Source of the DNA: an uncultured archaeon
Lineage (GTDB): Archaea; Iainarchaeota; Iainarchaeia; Iainarchaeales; DATDZZ01
NCBI GenBank assembly: GCA_964373795.1
Contig: CAYJVY010000011.1
Location: 13,141 to 45,140, forward strand
Reading direction: 5' to 3'
Length of the DNA stretch: 32,000 nt
The stretch's first letter is position 1. Each line of letters begins with the position of its first letter. Positions 14,926 through 24,868 of the stretch are shown in pieces. The translations under genes were made by a program, and so were the position numbers. The notes below the pieces were generated by a model. The model was given only the letters and a program-made list of their open reading frames with translations. It made no database searches and was not told where the DNA came from.

Positions 14926-15354
14926 GTGAAAAACACTAAATTAGATGAAAACGAGAAAGAATTAAAGTTGTTTTTGTTATTCGTATTAATTTTAACCATA
15001 CTTATTTTTGGATACATTTACTGGCTTCAATTAAACAAACAACCCGAAACATTTTCAGAAACCTATTTAGGAAAAATGGAAAAAGAAGCAAAAGTTAATA
15101 AAGAATTCAATGTACAATTTATTATTGAAAACAAAGAAAGAAAACCAATGAATTACAATTATTCAATTTCAATTGAAGAAAAAGAAATTGAAAAAAAAGT
15201 TTCACTACAAGAAAATGAAAAAAAAACAATTAATGAAAAAATTATTTTCACAAAAGCAAGCGAAGAAAAAAGAGTTTTAATTGAAGTAAAAAAAGATGAA
15301 AACAATTCCAAAGAATTAAGTTTATGGTTTTGGGTGAAAGTAAATGAAAATTAG
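14926..15354 (+). CDS. Hypothetical single-TM protein (loosely DUF1616-like C-terminal domain)
   Basis: GTG start after AAGGA, one TM segment, then FSETYLG...FNVQFIIENKERKPMNYNYSISIEE...LSLWFWVKV, which loosely resembles archaeal DUF1616 domains. Unverified. Confidence 0.5.
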   Translation: MKNTKLDENEKELKLFLLFVLILTILIFGYIYWLQLNKQPETFSETYLGKMEKEAKVNKEFNVQFIIENKERKPMNYNYSISIEEKEIEKKVSLQENEKKTINEKIIFTKASEEKRVLIEVKKDENNSKELSLWFWVKVNEN

Positions 15355-15766
15355 TTTTATTAGTTGCTCTGAACAAGAAATTGATTTCTTGCCAGAATTA
15401 GAAGAATTTTTAGTAAACGAAGTAATGGGTTTAGAAACAGAAACTTTCTACGTTCCAACAGTTTTAGATATTCCTTTACAAGCAAAACAAGTATCAAGCA
15501 ACTCAGACTTAGTTTTTACGTTATACTCATTTGAAAAAGAAGATAAAAGAATTTCACTTGTTTTGGAAAAACTTTTAAAAATCGAATTAGATTCAAATAC
15601 CAGAATAGTTAAAGCAATTGAAGAAACAGAAGAATCAGAAATTTTAACTGAAGAAGACGTTCAAAAAGAAAAAGAAAGACTAGTAAAAAAATGGGGAGAA
15701 ACAATAATTAATTTAATTCACTTTCCTGAAAAATTTAAACCAGGATTTGAAGAAACAGAAGAATAA
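15344..15766 (+). CDS. Hypothetical acidic protein
   Basis: ATG preceded by GGGTGA, overlapping the previous gene by 11 nt. There is a weak by-eye resemblance to the lumazine-synthase-like alpha/beta fold (VPTVLDIPLQAKQV). Not reliable. Confidence 0.5.
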   Translation: MKISFISCSEQEIDFLPELEEFLVNEVMGLETETFYVPTVLDIPLQAKQVSSNSDLVFTLYSFEKEDKRISLVLEKLLKIELDSNTRIVKAIEETEESEILTEEDVQKEKERLVKKWGETIINLIHFPEKFKPGFEETEE

Positions 15767-15768
15767 AA

Positions 15769-16428
15769 CTATTTTTTTCTTCCAACAATTAATGCATGAT
15801 CTTTTTCAAAAGGCTCTAAAAAAAGCACTTGCAAAACATTAAAGTCTTTTTTCAAGCTTTCCTCAACTTCTTTGAAAACCTTTTTAGGATTTGCAGCAAC
15901 ATCAATTGAACGAGCCTTTACAGCTAACAAGCCAATGCCATTTTTCTTTAAAAAGCATTCAGCATTCTTCAAAAAAATCTCGCTTTGATTTTTTTGAGAA
16001 ACATCTTGAAACAATACATCTACTTCTAAAACAAATTCTTTATACAATTCAGGATGATTGGCGGACTGCATTATTGGAACTAAATTTTTTCTTTTCTCGC
16101 AAAGCATTACAAATTTCCTCATTACTCGAGCAGAAATATCAACTCCAAAAACAACTCCCTTTAATCCAACAATATCCGAAATATGGGAAACAGTTGTTCC
16201 TTCAGCGCTACCCAAATATAACACTCTTGAACCATCATTAAATGGAAATGTTTTCAAACCCTTTTTAATTGCTGCTCCTAATTTAGATCTTTGAGGCTTC
16301 CACTCTCTATATTCAACTCCATTAAATTTGAACAAGTTTTCTCCATAAACTTTTTCTCCTGGAACAAGGTTTTTAGTTACAAGTTTATTTTTAAAAACAA
16401 AAAGTCCTGGAAAAATTTGTTTAAGCAT
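15769..16428 (-). CDS. flpA: Fibrillarin-like rRNA/tRNA 2'-O-methyltransferase
   Basis: YREWKPQRSKLGAAI, VLYLGSAEGTTVSHISDIVG, GVDISARVMR and DVSQKNQSEIFLKNA are all typical fibrillarin blocks. It lies immediately downstream of nop5. Start placed at ATG 16428. Confidence 0.9.
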   Translation of the reverse strand: MLKQIFPGLFVFKNKLVTKNLVPGEKVYGENLFKFNGVEYREWKPQRSKLGAAIKKGLKTFPFNDGSRVLYLGSAEGTTVSHISDIVGLKGVVFGVDISARVMRKFVMLCEKRKNLVPIMQSANHPELYKEFVLEVDVLFQDVSQKNQSEIFLKNAECFLKKNGIGLLAVKARSIDVAANPKKVFKEVEESLKKDFNVLQVLFLEPFEKDHALIVGRKK

Positions 16429-16439
16429 AAAAATCAAAA

Positions 16440-17249
16440 TTAATTTCTTAAACCTTTAACTTGTTCTAAACGTTTTAGAAGACTTTTCTCTAAATCTTTT
16501 GCAATAAAGGCTTTACCAAAAAAATCTTCTTTAACTGCAATTGCAAGTTTTGCAGCTAAAGCCCTGGCTATTTTACCTTTTTGTTTTGGCTTTAATTCTT
16601 TAAGCATTGGATGCTGAAACAAATATCCATGCTTTGGAGGATTTGAATGAGTTTTTAAATGCTGAAACAAGGACTTTTCTGCTCCAAGAACTTGAAGAGT
16701 TGAAGAAGGCAAAAAAGCAAGTTTTTCTAGCGAACCCGAATGAGCTAAAAATCTTGCTCCAAGCAATCCTCCACATAAATAAGAAAAATTTGGAGCAACT
16801 TCTTTCATTCCTTGTTCAATGAATTCAACTAATTCTTTTCTAAATTTTTTTAAATTCAAAGCATTTCTTGCAAGAGACTGAATTTCAATTAAATCTTTTT
16901 CTGAAAGATTTGCTCCCATGGAAGTATTTACCTTGCTTAAAATTTCTTCAATCTTTTTCTCGTTTTTATAAAATGCTATTAAATATTTTTTAGAAAAATT
17001 TTTTCTTTCTCCAAGCAAAACACAATTCAAGTAAACTTCGTTGTCATTTAAAAGCAATTGAAGTTCAGGAAAATGCATTCCAAACCATTCAATACAGTGC
17101 TCAGATAATTCATTAAAAGATTCATCTAATTCATCAATAACTGAAACAGCTTTAACTAAATGCAAGTCTCTAGAAGAATACTTTTCTTTAACTTGTTTTT
17201 TTGTTTCAGCAATGAGTTTTTCACGAATTTCATTAAATGAGTTAGCCAT
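16440..17249 (-). CDS. nop5: Nop5 (Nop56/58) C/D-box sRNP protein, short form
   Basis: NOP-domain blocks EWFGMHFPEL, SMGANLSEKDL, APNFSYLCGGLLGARFLAHSGSLEKLAFLPSSTLQVLGAEKSLFQHLK, PPKHGYLFQHP and KGKIARALAAKLAIAVKED. At only 269 aa, the sequence starts directly in the helical region. Confidence 0.85.
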   Translation of the reverse strand: MANSFNEIREKLIAETKKQVKEKYSSRDLHLVKAVSVIDELDESFNELSEHCIEWFGMHFPELQLLLNDNEVYLNCVLLGERKNFSKKYLIAFYKNEKKIEEILSKVNTSMGANLSEKDLIEIQSLARNALNLKKFRKELVEFIEQGMKEVAPNFSYLCGGLLGARFLAHSGSLEKLAFLPSSTLQVLGAEKSLFQHLKTHSNPPKHGYLFQHPMLKELKPKQKGKIARALAAKLAIAVKEDFFGKAFIAKDLEKSLLKRLEQVKGLRN

Positions 17250-17301
17250 AATAAATAGCTAAATAGAAAGCAATTTAAAAACTATTTAATTGAATTAAGT
17301 C

Positions 17302-18786
<1,485 letters not shown>

Positions 18787-18834
18787 TCCAATAAACTCAT
18801 TAAATCCAGGAAAAAGCCAAGAAAAACAGACTTA

Positions 18835-18876
18835 GACAATTGTCAAAAAAAACAATATATTTAAATGACAATTGAC
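18835..18876. promoter_or_regulatory. Two GACAATTG(T/A)C sites flanking a TATA-like box (candidate operator of the downstream XRE regulator)
   Basis: GACAATTGTC at 18835-18844 is a perfect 10-bp palindrome and GACAATTGAC at 18867-18876 is a near copy. AATATATTTA (about 18853-18863) lies between them, about 60-100 nt upstream of the 18934 start. Confidence 0.4.
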
Positions 18877-18933
18877 GAAAAGGATTTTTAAACAGTTTTA
18901 ACATTAATTAAATAAATTTAAGGCAGTGAAAAA

Positions 18934-19638
18934 ATGGAAAAACTAAAAACCTCTATTGCAGGAGAAATAACTCTTTCAAAAGATCCAGGAGGATCAATGA
19001 AGAAATGGAGAGAAATCTTTGGGATTTCTCAAACAGAGTTAGCAGACTATTTAAATGTTTCAAGTTCAACTATTTCAGATTATGAAGGAGGAAGAAGAAA
19101 ATCTCCTGGAATAACAGTTATTGCAAGACTAGTTGATGCATTACTTTTCCTTGATAAAAGACATGGTGGAAAAATAACAAAACAATTAATGAAAGACTTT
19201 GAGCCAGAACAAGAAATATTTGATACACACGAATTTTTTTCAGCATTAAAAGCCAAAAACTTTGCAGAAAAAATTGATGGAACATGCGTTGCCTGTCCAT
19301 CAAAATTAAAAGAAACAAATATTTATGGATACACAATAATTGATTCACTTAAAGTAATATTAGATGTTCCAGTACACGAATACATGCAATTATATGGAAA
19401 AACCCCTGAAAGAGCATTAATCTTCACTCAAGTTGAAAGCGGTAGAAGCCCTTTAATTGCAGTAAAAATTGGCAGGTTTTCAACTGACATGAAACCATCA
19501 ATAATAGTCTTACATGGAATAACAAAAGATGTAGATAAGGTTGCAATTAAAATAGCTGAATCAGAAAAAATTCCGTTACTTATTACAAGTAAACCAATTG
19601 AAGAAATAAAAAAATCTTTAACTGATTTTGAATCATAG
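18934..19638 (+). CDS. XRE-family HTH transcriptional regulator with a conserved archaeal C-terminal domain
   Basis: WREIFGISQTELADYLNVSSSTISDYEGGRRKSPG is a Cro/C1-type HTH. The roughly 150-aa C-terminal domain is not identified. Confidence 0.65.
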   Translation: MEKLKTSIAGEITLSKDPGGSMKKWREIFGISQTELADYLNVSSSTISDYEGGRRKSPGITVIARLVDALLFLDKRHGGKITKQLMKDFEPEQEIFDTHEFFSALKAKNFAEKIDGTCVACPSKLKETNIYGYTIIDSLKVILDVPVHEYMQLYGKTPERALIFTQVESGRSPLIAVKIGRFSTDMKPSIIVLHGITKDVDKVAIKIAESEKIPLLITSKPIEEIKKSLTDFES

Positions 19639-20352
19639 TTATTCTTGGATTCTAACACAATAAGTATTCCTATATTTTCTTGATCCATCATCTGTCTCTC
19701 CAATTAATTTATTAGAATAAACATATTTCACTTTATACTCTTTAGCAAGTTTTACACTTACATGCTTTGAAGCCTTATTTGAACCAATTAATACATCAAA
19801 ACCATTAGGAACTTTTTTAAGTCCAACAATTTTTGCAAGAGAATCTTTTTCCTCTTCAAATGCAAGAAACTCTTTCAATTTAAGTAATGCTTCTTCTAAC
19901 TCTAAAAGAGAAGTTTTCTTTGTTCCACGAATTTGAATAATACCTTCATGATAATTTGATGAAACCTTCATGCAAGCATCACAAATAAGAGATTGAGGTT
20001 TAAGAATTGACTCTCTTTCTAAAAACAATTTACTTCCTTCTAATTCACCTTCAATCTTTATTTTAGCAATTGACTTGCCTTTATCAAAAGGAATTAATTT
20101 AACTTTTACAACAAAATTCTCTAAATCTTTTACTTTAAGTTTTTCGTTAACTATTTCAACAAGGTTTTCAGGAGATTGTTCAACCCAATTAAATCTAATT
20201 CTAATCTGATTACATCTCTTACAATGATCTATCACAATCTCTTTATCTATTTCAACTAAATTAGGATGATCCTCTAAAAAACAGTTTAAACAAAAATTCT
20301 TAAAAAACTGATTTGATTCCTTTCCACATTTAGGGCAAAAACGTTTATTCAT
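19639..20352 (-). CDS. NMD3-family protein (archaeal ribosome biogenesis factor homolog)
   Basis: N-terminal cysteine clusters FCPKCGKE..FCLNCF..HCKRCNQ and a later ICDACMK, followed by a beta-rich domain. The arrangement is typical of archaeal NMD3 homologs. Confidence 0.55.
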   Translation of the reverse strand: MNKRFCPKCGKESNQFFKNFCLNCFLEDHPNLVEIDKEIVIDHCKRCNQIRIRFNWVEQSPENLVEIVNEKLKVKDLENFVVKVKLIPFDKGKSIAKIKIEGELEGSKLFLERESILKPQSLICDACMKVSSNYHEGIIQIRGTKKTSLLELEEALLKLKEFLAFEEEKDSLAKIVGLKKVPNGFDVLIGSNKASKHVSVKLAKEYKVKYVYSNKLIGETDDGSRKYRNTYCVRIQE

Positions 20353-20388
20353 TTAATAATACCCATTACAATTAATTTAAAAAATATT

Positions 20389-21207
20389 TTAAACATGCTT
20401 TAATTTTTTCTTCTTCTCATAAGCTAAGTAAAAAACTGGATTCAAAACATAAGAATAAGTTGCAAGAACAGCAATTAAAAACCTCAACAAGATAAACAAA
20501 AATAGGAATTCAAGTTTGTCAGCAAAAAAAGACAAAATCCAACTAGAAATTGAAACAAGAAAAGGAAAAACAGATGCCTTTGAAATATCAATTGAATTTT
20601 TTTTAGTTAAAGAAAAAGTCCGAAAAATTACTTGCAAAAAGTTTTGCTTCTCTAAAACAGATACTGGGAAAAGCAAAAAAAACAAAGCATTTGCAATGAA
20701 AACCATTAACAAAAAACCAATCAAAGAAACTGCAATCAAAAAAATGTTCTTGGAAGGCAAAAACAAATTTAAAGCCAAGCTAAAAGGAATTGTAAGAATT
20801 GAAAAAAAAATCAATTCAATAAAAATTGCAGGAATAATTACAAAAAATTTATTTAAAGCTTCTTTAAATCCTTTAATAAAAGAAATATTTTTCCTTGCAA
20901 TAAAGTCCCTAACTAAAACAGAATACATTGCATTAATCAATGAATCCAAAATCAACACTAAAAGCGAGAAAACAAAAATTATGGATGATTGAATTAACAA
21001 TGAAAAAGCTTTAACAATTCTTTCCTCTCTAGAAAGAGAAAATAATTCAAGAGACTGAACTATTAATGGAGCAGTTAAAAGCATTAAAACTCCGTACAAA
21101 GCTGCAATAAAAAATTTTGGTAAAAAAAGCTTTGGAATTTTTACAAGAGTCTTAAAGGCATCAATCAAAACAATAAAAAACTTTGACATAAATTCACCAA
21201 CTGCCAA
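20389..21207 (-). CDS. Hypothetical polytopic membrane protein
   Basis: 272-aa ORF with at least 6 hydrophobic segments. The antisense 158-aa ORF is K-rich low complexity and was rejected. Confidence 0.55.
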   Translation of the reverse strand: MAVGEFMSKFFIVLIDAFKTLVKIPKLFLPKFFIAALYGVLMLLTAPLIVQSLELFSLSREERIVKAFSLLIQSSIIFVFSLLVLILDSLINAMYSVLVRDFIARKNISFIKGFKEALNKFFVIIPAIFIELIFFSILTIPFSLALNLFLPSKNIFLIAVSLIGFLLMVFIANALFFLLFPVSVLEKQNFLQVIFRTFSLTKKNSIDISKASVFPFLVSISSWILSFFADKLEFLFLFILLRFLIAVLATYSYVLNPVFYLAYEKKKKLKHV

Positions 21208-21243
21208 AGAAAATTTAATTCAAATTTAAAGTAAAAAAAACCA

Positions 21244-22524
21244 TTAAAGTAATTTAACTATTTCCCCTACTTTTGGAGCAAAAGCTTCAAATCCTTTTTC
21301 TTTTAACTCTGTTTGATAATCAGAAATTACTTTTGAATCTCCATGCACACAAATTACTTTTTCAGGAGAAAGAGTTTCAACTGTTTTAATTAACTCTTCA
21401 TGTCCTGCATGAGCAGAAAAATCTGCAAAATGAACTTTTGCTTCAACCTTTTCCAAGCTTCCTTCAATAGGAATTTTTCCAGTATCCTTTAAAATTCTTC
21501 CAGGAGTTTCCTCTACTTGATAACCAGTTAAAAAAATAGTTGAATTCTTGTCTTTAATAAACTTAGGCAAGTAATGATAGATTGGACCGCCCATTAACAT
21601 TCCAGCAGTTGTAACAATTGCACAAGGTTCTTTGAAAACTCTTTTCCTAACTTTTTTTTCTTCAACCCAGTGAGCCCAACTCAAAGACTTTTTCAATAAC
21701 TTAAAATCTCTAAAATAATCAGGATAATCTAAAAAAATTCTTGCAGCCTTCATTCCCATTCCATCAAAAAAAACTTGGCCATTCAATTTTTTTTCAAACA
21801 AAATTTGAATTACTTCTTGACTTCTACCAATTGCAAAAGAAGGAATCAAAGCCCACCCACCTTTATCAATTGTTTCTTGAACTTTCTCAAAAAAAACTTT
21901 TTCAATTTCCTTTCTATCTTCATGCTCTTTATTTCCATAAGTGGTTTCCATAATCAAGTAATCACAATTCTTAATTCCTTTTAAATCAGCTCCATTAAAG
22001 CTACGAGTTTGCTCTAACTTAAAGTCTCCTGTATAAACAAGACTTTTATTAGAGTAATTTAATTTAACCATTGAAGAGCCAAGAATATGCCCTGCATCAA
22101 ATAACTCCATTAAAACATTTTCAGTTATCTGTAAAGGCATTCTATAACGCGTTGGAAAAGAAAACTTTGTAACTCTTTCAATCTCTGATTTCTCAAATTT
22201 TGGAGCCACTCCCTCAAAATCAGCAATCTTTAAAGTATCAAACCAAAGCAACCTACTCAAATCCAAAGTAGGAGGAGTCAAATAAATCAAACAATTATTG
22301 TAATCAAATAAATGAGGAAGATTTCCTGAATGATCAAAATGAGCATGAGAAACTATTGCAGCAGACAAGTTTTCTTGAATCTCTCCAGGATACATGGGGC
22401 CTTGAGGAGTAAGCTTTACTCCGTGATCTAACAAAATTTTATCCTTTGCATCAACTACAAAACTACTCCTACCAACCTCTTGAGCAGCTCCATAAAACTT
22501 AACACTTAAACCCATTTCACTCAC
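21244..22524 (-). CDS. Beta-CASP / metallo-beta-lactamase-fold ribonuclease (aCPSF2-like, no KH domains)
   Basis: MBL motifs LDHGV, VSHAHFDHSGNLP and FDAGHILGS, plus beta-CASP/C-terminal motifs (ETTYG, FSAHAGHEEL, VCVHGD). Confidence 0.8.
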   Translation of the reverse strand: MSEMGLSVKFYGAAQEVGRSSFVVDAKDKILLDHGVKLTPQGPMYPGEIQENLSAAIVSHAHFDHSGNLPHLFDYNNCLIYLTPPTLDLSRLLWFDTLKIADFEGVAPKFEKSEIERVTKFSFPTRYRMPLQITENVLMELFDAGHILGSSMVKLNYSNKSLVYTGDFKLEQTRSFNGADLKGIKNCDYLIMETTYGNKEHEDRKEIEKVFFEKVQETIDKGGWALIPSFAIGRSQEVIQILFEKKLNGQVFFDGMGMKAARIFLDYPDYFRDFKLLKKSLSWAHWVEEKKVRKRVFKEPCAIVTTAGMLMGGPIYHYLPKFIKDKNSTIFLTGYQVEETPGRILKDTGKIPIEGSLEKVEAKVHFADFSAHAGHEELIKTVETLSPEKVICVHGDSKVISDYQTELKEKGFEAFAPKVGEIVKLL

Positions 22525-22650
22525 ACAAACAATTTAATAAGTAATAAAAGATACAAGAATATAAATAGATGATGGTTAAACAAAACAAAAAAACATTCAA
22601 AGAACTTGAAAAAAATTTAATAATTGAAGAATTCAAAAAGGGCATCATTC

Positions 22651-22720
22651 AATTCAAGTACCTGGTGCCTAAAATTCACTGCATTTTTCCCTCTGAAAAA
22701 ATGAAAACCTGGTGCCTAAA
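22651..22720 (+). repeat. Dispersed repeat, copy 1 (two ACCTGGTGCCTAAA units around a 33-nt spacer)
   Basis: 22659-22720 is identical to 28939-29000 (62/62), and similarity extends 8 nt further upstream with 2 mismatches. The internal 14-mer occurs at 22660-22673 and 22707-22720. Confidence 0.85.
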
Positions 22721-22765
22721 TTTGAGTTCCAAAACCTTTTATTTTTTTGTGAACGAAATTAAGTT

Positions 22766-23764
22766 ATGGGATTTGAAATAAACTTTGAAGAATTAGCTAA
22801 ACAGATTAATGAAAAAAAACCTAAAACTGTTTTAATTCAAGCTCCAGATGGAATGAAAATGCAGTTAATTGAAGTAGTAAAAGAACTTGAAAAAAGAACT
22901 AATGCAGAATACTTAACTTTAATAGAACCTGCATGGGGCTCATGCGATTTAGCTGATGAAAAAGCAAAAAAACTGAATGCAGATTTATTGATTCATTTCG
23001 GGCATAACATGATTTATCCTGGAAGAATTCCAACAATTTTTTTTCCTTTAACTCCAAAAATAGATCCACAACCATTAATTGAAAAACTAATTAAATTTCT
23101 TTCAAAAGAAAAAGTGCTTGAAATAGGATTAGTTTCTTCAAGTCAATTCACTCCATACCTTCAACAAATAAAGGATTACTTAGAAGAAAAAGGTTTTTCA
23201 GTTTCAATTGGAAAAGGCTCTAATAGAGTAAAAGACTTTGGACAAGTCTTGGGATGCAATTATTCTTCTGCATTAGACTTGGATGAAGACATTGAAGCAA
23301 TTGTTTACTTTGGAGATGGAATTTTTCACCCAATTGGAATAACTTTTTCTTCAAAAAAAAGAGTAATAATTGCAGATCCCTATACACTTGAAGTAAAAGA
23401 ATTAAAAGAAGAAAGAGACAAATACTTGAGGAAAAGATTTGCAATAATAAGTCAATGCTCGCATGCACAAAAATTTGGAATAATTGTTTCAATTAAATCA
23501 GGACAGCTATATCTACAAACCGCACGAAAAATGAAGGAATTAATTGAATCAAAAGGAAAACAAGCATTCATTCTAGTATGCGATTTTGTTTACCCTCAAT
23601 ACTTTTTAGGATTAGATGTAGATGTATTAGTTAACACTGCTTGTCCTAGATTAGCAATTGAAAACCTTCAAGAATTCAATAAATTAATGATTAATCCAAA
23701 AGAACTAGAAATAGCATTAAATGTTCGCTCGCTTCACGACTACCAATTCGAAGAACTAATTTAA
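22766..23764 (+). CDS. dph2: Diphthamide biosynthesis protein Dph2 (2-(3-amino-3-carboxypropyl)histidine synthase)
   Basis: Size and blocks VLIQAPDGMK, WGSCD, LIHFGH, FGIIVS.K.GQ and NTACPR fit archaeal Dph2. Confidence 0.8.
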   Translation: MGFEINFEELAKQINEKKPKTVLIQAPDGMKMQLIEVVKELEKRTNAEYLTLIEPAWGSCDLADEKAKKLNADLLIHFGHNMIYPGRIPTIFFPLTPKIDPQPLIEKLIKFLSKEKVLEIGLVSSSQFTPYLQQIKDYLEEKGFSVSIGKGSNRVKDFGQVLGCNYSSALDLDEDIEAIVYFGDGIFHPIGITFSSKKRVIIADPYTLEVKELKEERDKYLRKRFAIISQCSHAQKFGIIVSIKSGQLYLQTARKMKELIESKGKQAFILVCDFVYPQYFLGLDVDVLVNTACPRLAIENLQEFNKLMINPKELEIALNVRSLHDYQFEELI

Positions 23765-23960
23765 TAACTCAATTTCTTTTAATTCAACAAAATACAATTT
23801 ACTGCCATCCACAAGAGCACAAAAAGTATTTTCAGGGCAAGAAAAAATTTCTTCCCTAAGCGTTCCGGAAAATTTAACTCTTGCTTTAGATTGAATTGAT
23901 TTCAGTTTTTCTAAAATTTCTTTTGAAGAATTTTCAATAACATAATTTTTTTCATAAAAA

Positions 23961-24761
23961 TCATTCCTCGTCAGGCAAAACTAAGGTTCCCTTAAATTCA
24001 GTTCCATGAACAGCGTTTTCAATGTTTTCAATGCTTTCCGCACTTAAAATAAAGGATTTAATTTTGGAACGCTTTAAAATCAAACAACTAGGCAAATCCA
24101 ATACAACATTTTGCCCTGGCTTGGCATTCAAAGAAGTTGAACGCGAAACAATTTTAATTAACTCTGAATGAGTTAAATGAGAATAAAACTTTGCTTTAGG
24201 GTTTTCTCTGGGATCAGAAGAATACACTCCATCAACATTAGATAAATTCATGAAATTCGCGTTAACTGATTCAGCAATTAATGCAGCAACAGTATCAGTA
24301 GTAATTCCAGGCAAGATTCCTCCAAAAACAGGAATTAATCCTTTTTCAAGTTTTTGCCTTGCTTGATAAATTTTTTTCAAAGGCTCTGGAAAAGCATTCT
24401 CAAAAGCCTGTGAAACAAGCTTTGCATTTAATTGAGTAGCCATTATGCCAATTTCATCCAAAAAAAAATTGCTTGCTCCTAAAGCCTTTCCAGCTGCTTG
24501 AAACTCTCTAGCAGTTCTTCCTCCTCCTACAACTAAAACAAATTTATATCCTTCCTTCATTAAATTACTAAAAGAATGAGACAATTTTCCAAGCAAACCA
24601 GTATTAATTTTTTCCTTAATTACAATGCTTCCACCAAGAGAGACAACAAAGGTTTTACTCGAATCAAAAAAAGAATTCACTCCTTCAACTGATTCAATTA
24701 CATCATTATTAGAGTTAGAAGAAACAGCTTCTTCATTAAACATTTCAAAAATATCAGGCAT
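23961..24761 (-). CDS. pyrH: UMP kinase (archaeal PyrH; amino-acid kinase fold)
   Basis: FVVSLGGSIV, VLVVGGGRTAREF, IPVFGG..PGITTDTVAALIAE and NVDGVYSSDPRENP. Start placed at ATG 24761, because the longer ORF would run across the aRF1 start. Confidence 0.75.
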   Translation of the reverse strand: MPDIFEMFNEEAVSSNSNNDVIESVEGVNSFFDSSKTFVVSLGGSIVIKEKINTGLLGKLSHSFSNLMKEGYKFVLVVGGGRTAREFQAAGKALGASNFFLDEIGIMATQLNAKLVSQAFENAFPEPLKKIYQARQKLEKGLIPVFGGILPGITTDTVAALIAESVNANFMNLSNVDGVYSSDPRENPKAKFYSHLTHSELIKIVSRSTSLNAKPGQNVVLDLPSCLILKRSKIKSFILSAESIENIENAVHGTEFKGTLVLPDEE

Positions 24762-24868
24762 TAAAAAGTCCCTGAACATAATAGTGAAAACCAGTATAAA
24801 AATATTTGGCTTCAAAAAATTAATAAAATAAAACACATTTAAAGAAAAAAAATGAAGTGAATTCAAAA

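Noticed and set aside
20516-20992. 158-aa plus-strand ORF antisense to the membrane protein gene 20389..21207
   Set aside because: Its K/E/I-rich low-complexity translation is typical of the antisense of an F/L-rich membrane gene in AT-rich DNA. The minus-strand ORF is longer and has coherent TM segments.
22651-22720. C/D-box sRNA interpretation of the dispersed repeat (CTGA at 22693-22696) and of GC island B
   Set aside because: No RUGAUGA C box or terminal C/D pairing could be found in either element. Only a single CTGA word is present.
22569-22781. 70-aa ORF covering dispersed repeat copy 1 and overlapping the dph2 start
   Set aside because: Its central third is the repeat element, which recurs at 28931-29000 outside any long ORF. 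The rest is low-complexity promoter-region sequence, so it is most likely not a gene.
24762-24866. N-terminal 35 codons of the 301-aa pyrH ORF (and likewise 6212-6295 of the hicB ORF and 2160-2174 of the TrmB ORF)
   Set aside because: These are hydrophobic or low-complexity extensions running into neighbouring promoters and gene starts. Conserved domains begin after internal ATGs.
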